From Podarcis muralis (Eukaryota), in assembly GCF_964188315.1 (NCBI RefSeq), contig NC_135657.1:78182001-78246000 (forward strand): 64,000 bases of DNA. The letters run 5' to 3'. Numbering within the stretch: position 1 is the first letter of the stretch; the number at the start of each line of letters is the position of its first letter. Shown in pieces: positions 59,763 through 64,000 of this stretch. The translations under genes were made by a program, and so were the position numbers. Below the pieces are notes generated by a model. That model saw only the letters and a program-made list of their open reading frames with translations. It had not been told where the DNA came from and made no database searches.

Positions 59763-60069
59763 TGCAGGTTTTGGTGTCCTCGGGTGTCTTCCCGTGTAAA
59801 AGTTGGGGTGTCTAGGCGACGTTTCGACGAGGTCTCACTCGTCATCTTCAGGCTGGTGCTTTCGGCTTCTTGTTACTGGAACAGAGCAGGATCTCAGTGT
59901 TTGAGTTCCTATAAATACTGATGAGGAGGTGTGGTGTCTAGCCTCCAATGTTCTGGGCAGAGAGGAAGTTCCCAGGCTAGTGTGCCTTTTCTTCTTTTGT
60001 TCCTTAACCTGCATTCCTTCTTCTTTTGTTCCAAAACCTGCATTCCTGTACCCGTGAAAATCTACGAAA

Positions 60070-60071
<2 letters not shown>
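59763..60071 (-). mobile_element. Penelope-like element fragment (second family) inserted in (TA)n
   Basis: Inverted terminal TGCAGGTTTTGG / CCAAAACCTGCA; hammerhead core; (TA)n at 59741-59762 and 60072-60105. Confidence 0.75.
59818..59851 (-). ncRNA. Hammerhead-like core with weak stem I
   Basis: Minus strand CTGAAGA-T-GACGAG/CTCGTC-GAAA-CGTC; palindromic stem III ACGU, GUC cleavage triplet; only 2 contiguous stem I pairs. Confidence 0.6.
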
Positions 60072-60109
<38 letters not shown>

Positions 60110-61149
60110 CTACGATATCAAAACCTCTCATTTTCTGAATAAATAAACAAACAAATAACAAAGACCTGTCTTTTATAAAGTCCTTTCATTTTCATTCAGT
60201 TCAAGGTACAATGTTTACTTAAAATCCTTAATTAAAGTTAGGGGAGGTAGGCACCGAGGTAATAGGTTAATTGAAAACTGGATTTTGTTTATTGCTTACT
60301 GGAATTGCAGAATGCAAGTTACAGTAAATCCTTATATATTCTTTGGAGGTATGCAGATTTAAGAAACAGTGGGATTTGTATTCTATTAATTAATTCTTTT
60401 TTTGTGTGTGATGCCATTTCTTATACTGCAAGCGGCTCAGGTCCTCGAGGATTTTTCCAGCTCTGCAAACCCAAGATTGCCCTTTGGCTTCACTAGTTTG
60501 TTGTCTCACAACTTCTTCTGGTTATGCTTAGACAATCATTCTTTCTTCTTTCTCCCTCCTCCACCCATTGTGTTTCTTCTCTCTCTGATCTTGCAAATTC
60601 AAGTCCAGCCGTGCTGTGCCTGCTGGATTTCCTCTTTCCACTGACCTACATCATTTCTATTGGCTTTCACTCACTCAGCCTCATTACACCAATCTTCTTC
60701 CTCAACCTCATTAGTATTTTCATATCTTTGTGGCTTCACTTTTTATGCCATCTGCTATATCCTGCATGACTCATCACTAGAACAACAAGAATCCCTCCTC
60801 ATGCTAAAGCAACAGTAAGCTCAGCAAATTGTCTGCTCTCCTGTCAAAGTGTGGGAAGAACAAAGCAGAATACAAAGGTGGTGCTGAATTAAAATCTGAA
60901 TGGAAACATTTTTTAAAAAGATATAAAATCCCCTGCAGGTGCCTAACACCCGTTCAATTTTGCTTGATGTTAGCAAACTGAAAATTCTTCCTTTTTAGAT
61001 GTCTTGGTTTGAAGCTGTTACAGTCCTAAATCTGAACAAATCTGAAATCTTTTCTAGCACATTTTTACCGGTACACACCCCTGTAAACATTATTCAGTCT
61101 TAAAATCCATCTGAAAATGGTAAGAAGAAAAGGCAGTTGTGAGGGTTTC

Positions 61150-61830
61150 CGAAACAATTTCTTGAAACTGAGTGAATGGTCATTAAAATGGCAAATGCAA
61201 TGCAATGTGGGCAAGTGTAAAGTGATGCACATCGGAGCCAAAAATCCTAATTTCACATAAACACTAATAGGGACTGAACAGGCAGGGACTGACCAGGAAA
61301 AAGGTCATGAATTGTGATGAATAGATCAATGAAAATCAGCTATGAGTAAAGCAAATTTTATACTAGGGATAATTAGGGAAGGGACTTAAAATAAAACTGC
61401 CAATATCTTTATGCCATTATTCAAATCTATTGTGCAACCATGTTTGGAATACAGTGTTTGGTTCTGGCTGCTGCACCTCATAAAGGGTATTGTATGGTTG
61501 AAATAGGTTCAGTATTAAGCAACCAAATGATCAAGGGGCTGGAGTGACTATCCTATTAAAAAGGGTTCCAACATTTGCAGCTTTTTAGTTGGGAGTACAA
61601 GGGAAGGGGAAACATGATAGAGCTGTGTAAAATTATGCATAGTTTGGAGAAAGTGGATAGATAAAGGAATTTAATAAAGAGAGTTTTCTTCATCTCTTAG
61701 AATATTAGAATCTGGGGTCACCTAACGAAGCTGAATATTTGAAGATTCAGGACAGGTAAAGTACTTCTTCATACTGCACATTGGGAAACTGTAAAACTCA
61801 CTGGCTCTTGGATCACTTTATAAGGCTAGA
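61150..61830 (+). mobile_element. CR1 LINE ORF2 3' region, decayed
   Basis: Encodes fragments such as KWQMQCNVGKCKVMHIGAKNPN, typical of CR1 RT C-terminus; multiple stops. Confidence 0.8.
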
Positions 61831-62671
61831 CTTTGGTGCACTTGATGGACTTGGAGCCAGATCTAGCAGGTTCTTCTGTTTTTATCCTCAGAAATATGAA
61901 GCATGGTCCAAATTAAGTTATGGACATGTAGGTCTGATTAACTTTGATAGGTGAGATAATGCATTTGGGAATGTTTGATTTATGAAATAAACATTTAAAT
62001 ACAACCCACAGGGGGGAAAAATGTCAAAACAACAAGGCTGCTCCCTGTTCCATCAGTTACTCAGGGTTCAAATTCGTTTTCCTGGCTCAATGCTGCTTTT
62101 TAATGTGTGCATTATGAGGTTGTTTTCTGCTTGCTATCAATAAATCCCACATCCACTCTCCATTAAGAGGTGTTGGAGAGTTACTTTCCTGCATTTCACA
62201 GTATGTTGCGATAATGAGCACAATTAGTGATGGCTATTTTCATTTCATATATTTATTGCTTTGTTTGGCTAGGGTGAGATTCATATGCCAATATTGCAAT
62301 ATCTTGAAAGAAAGTTCAAGGAACATTAAAGAGATAAGTGAGAAATCAACAGATCAATGAATCAAGCATGAATGAGTGCTCTCTCTCATTGAATCACAGA
62401 GGGATAGTGTAATTAGTGTGTAGCAGCAAATACAATATTGCAACATTGTAAAGACTAAGAGGGATAATGTGCTTAAATGTATATAGATTAGGGTTCATCA
62501 AACACATGGAGTATTATCCTCAAGTTGGCAGACAGATATATGCATGTATCTCTTATATATATGTATGGTGTACACACAAACACATACAGATATACATACA
62601 CCTAGAGATGAAATGAAAAAGAGAAAAGAAAAGGTGTAGGTCATGAAATGTAGGAAGTCCACTGGCCAATA

Positions 62672-62913
62672 CAGTGGTACCTTGGGTTACATATGCTTCA
62701 GGTTACATACGCTTCAGGTTACAGACTCCGCTAACCCAGAAGTAGTACCTCGGGTTAAGAACTTTGCTTCAGGTTGAGAACAGAAATCGTGCTCCAGCGG
62801 CGCGGCAGCAGCAGAAGGCCCCATTAGCTAAAGTGGTGCTTCAGGTAAAGAACAGTTTCAGGTTAAGGACGGACCTCTAGAACGAATTAAGTATTTAACC
62901 CGAGATACCACTA
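62672..62913 (-). mobile_element. Tigger/pogo-type MITE (same family, opposite orientation)
   Basis: Reverse complement of the 31191 and 34373 copies; TA flanks. Confidence 0.9.
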
Positions 62914-63689
62914 TATGTGTTTGTTACCTTTCTATGTAAAGCTTACACAAATACAGCATAAGAAACGACCTATTCAAGACAGCGGCAATTGGTGCTGCTA
63001 TCTGGGTAGCAAACTATGGTCAGCTAATTTAACAGCTGCAGGGAGGCATTCCTTCTGCGGTGCATGGGTCACTTCTGATCTTACATGCTTTTGAACTTTG
63101 AATAGTAATAGCCTTTTGGTCTTATTCTTTTCATTCCTCCCTCCCTTATTCTACTTGTAAGCTGCCCGGAGGACTTTGCATTATGGTGCTGGGTTGTAGA
63201 GGCTGCCCTGGGGTGCCTTTGTGTCATACCTGGAAAACTTTGGCAAAAGCCCTTGCAATTATGGCAAAATGTGGAAAAGGAGGATGTCATTACACAGTGC
63301 AGGATGTAAAATACCTGGGCTTTTTGTTTTGTTTTGTTTTGTTTTTTTAAAAGGAGGGAAAGTTGAGGTATAAAGCCAGGACAATGGAAAGGCTTGCAAA
63401 AATAAAATCAAGCCAATACTAAGTTAAACAATTTACTGCCCCAGTGACCACCATGTAAGGTGTGGGGGCTGTAGTTGTTAGAACCTGGATCTCTCTCTCT
63501 GATGCCACCACAGCTCCAGAGGCAGCAGATGTATGTTCCTCCTGTTATCAATGCAGTATATTATTTATACCAATTTACTTGTTTATTTTATTTTTTATTA
63601 AGTTTATATACTTCCCTTCATCCCAAGATCACAGGGTGGTTTACAATATAAAAGCTATTTAATGTTACACACACACAAATACACACACA

Positions 63690-63724
<35 letters not shown>

Positions 63725-64000
63725 CTCTTTTTACAATGCAGCTTTAAAAAAATTAAAACACCTATCGATTTATCGCCCATTGATGCTTGTGTTGTCTTGG
63801 CCCATACTCTAAGCCCATTTATTATTCCACGAAAGCACTTCGTTTAGCACATATTGGTGATTACCACTTTATTATGTTAGGGCTTCGCGCTTGCCACGCT
63901 TTTATTAAACACGTTTCAGTTTATGATGGAGAAGGAGGTGGTATTCAGAATTCGCCTAATGCATCTCTCAGGAAGCAAGTCCTCGCCAGTCGTTCAGCAC

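Noticed and set aside
60400-60780. Pyrimidine-rich stretch with hydrophobic ORFs, purine-rich on the minus strand
   Set aside because: Stops in all minus-strand frames and no domain; decayed repeat or low complexity

Overview
Repeat-rich vertebrate genomic DNA. The SINE/MITE repertoire (Sauria SINEs, Tigger-like MITEs) points to a squamate, probably a lacertid lizard (inference). I could not confidently identify any host protein-coding gene, tRNA, rRNA or CRISPR array, so the window looks intronic or intergenic. The dominant feature is an intact, very young Ty3/Gypsy chromovirus of the Tf1/sushi type at 18418-24961: 757-bp LTRs with 2 mismatches seen, GATAT target-site duplication (TSD), self-priming PBS, and a PEG10-type GGGAAAC/pseudoknot -1 frameshift. 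Its most unusual property is that Pol does not stop after the chromodomain. It continues about 356 aa through the PPT and all of U3, ending in R. This tail is acidic then basic and carries an FLGFDSDEE motif resembling the LEDGF/TND-binding motif of MLL1, next to a chromodomain that has lost its aromatic cage. A solo LTR of a different family (38875-39471) keeps a similar reading frame in the same phase, suggesting an LTR-encoded integrase tail conserved across lizard Gypsy families. Also present: a 1.2-kb hAT element carrying a CpG-island/promoter-like interior, a hAT MITE with an IgH-type heptamer-octamer, two Penelope-like fragments with hammerhead ribozyme cores, Sauria SINEs with templated 5'-junction insertions, and many CR1/RTE/L2/SINE/MITE fragments. 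All coordinates were read by eye; no alignments or database searches were run.
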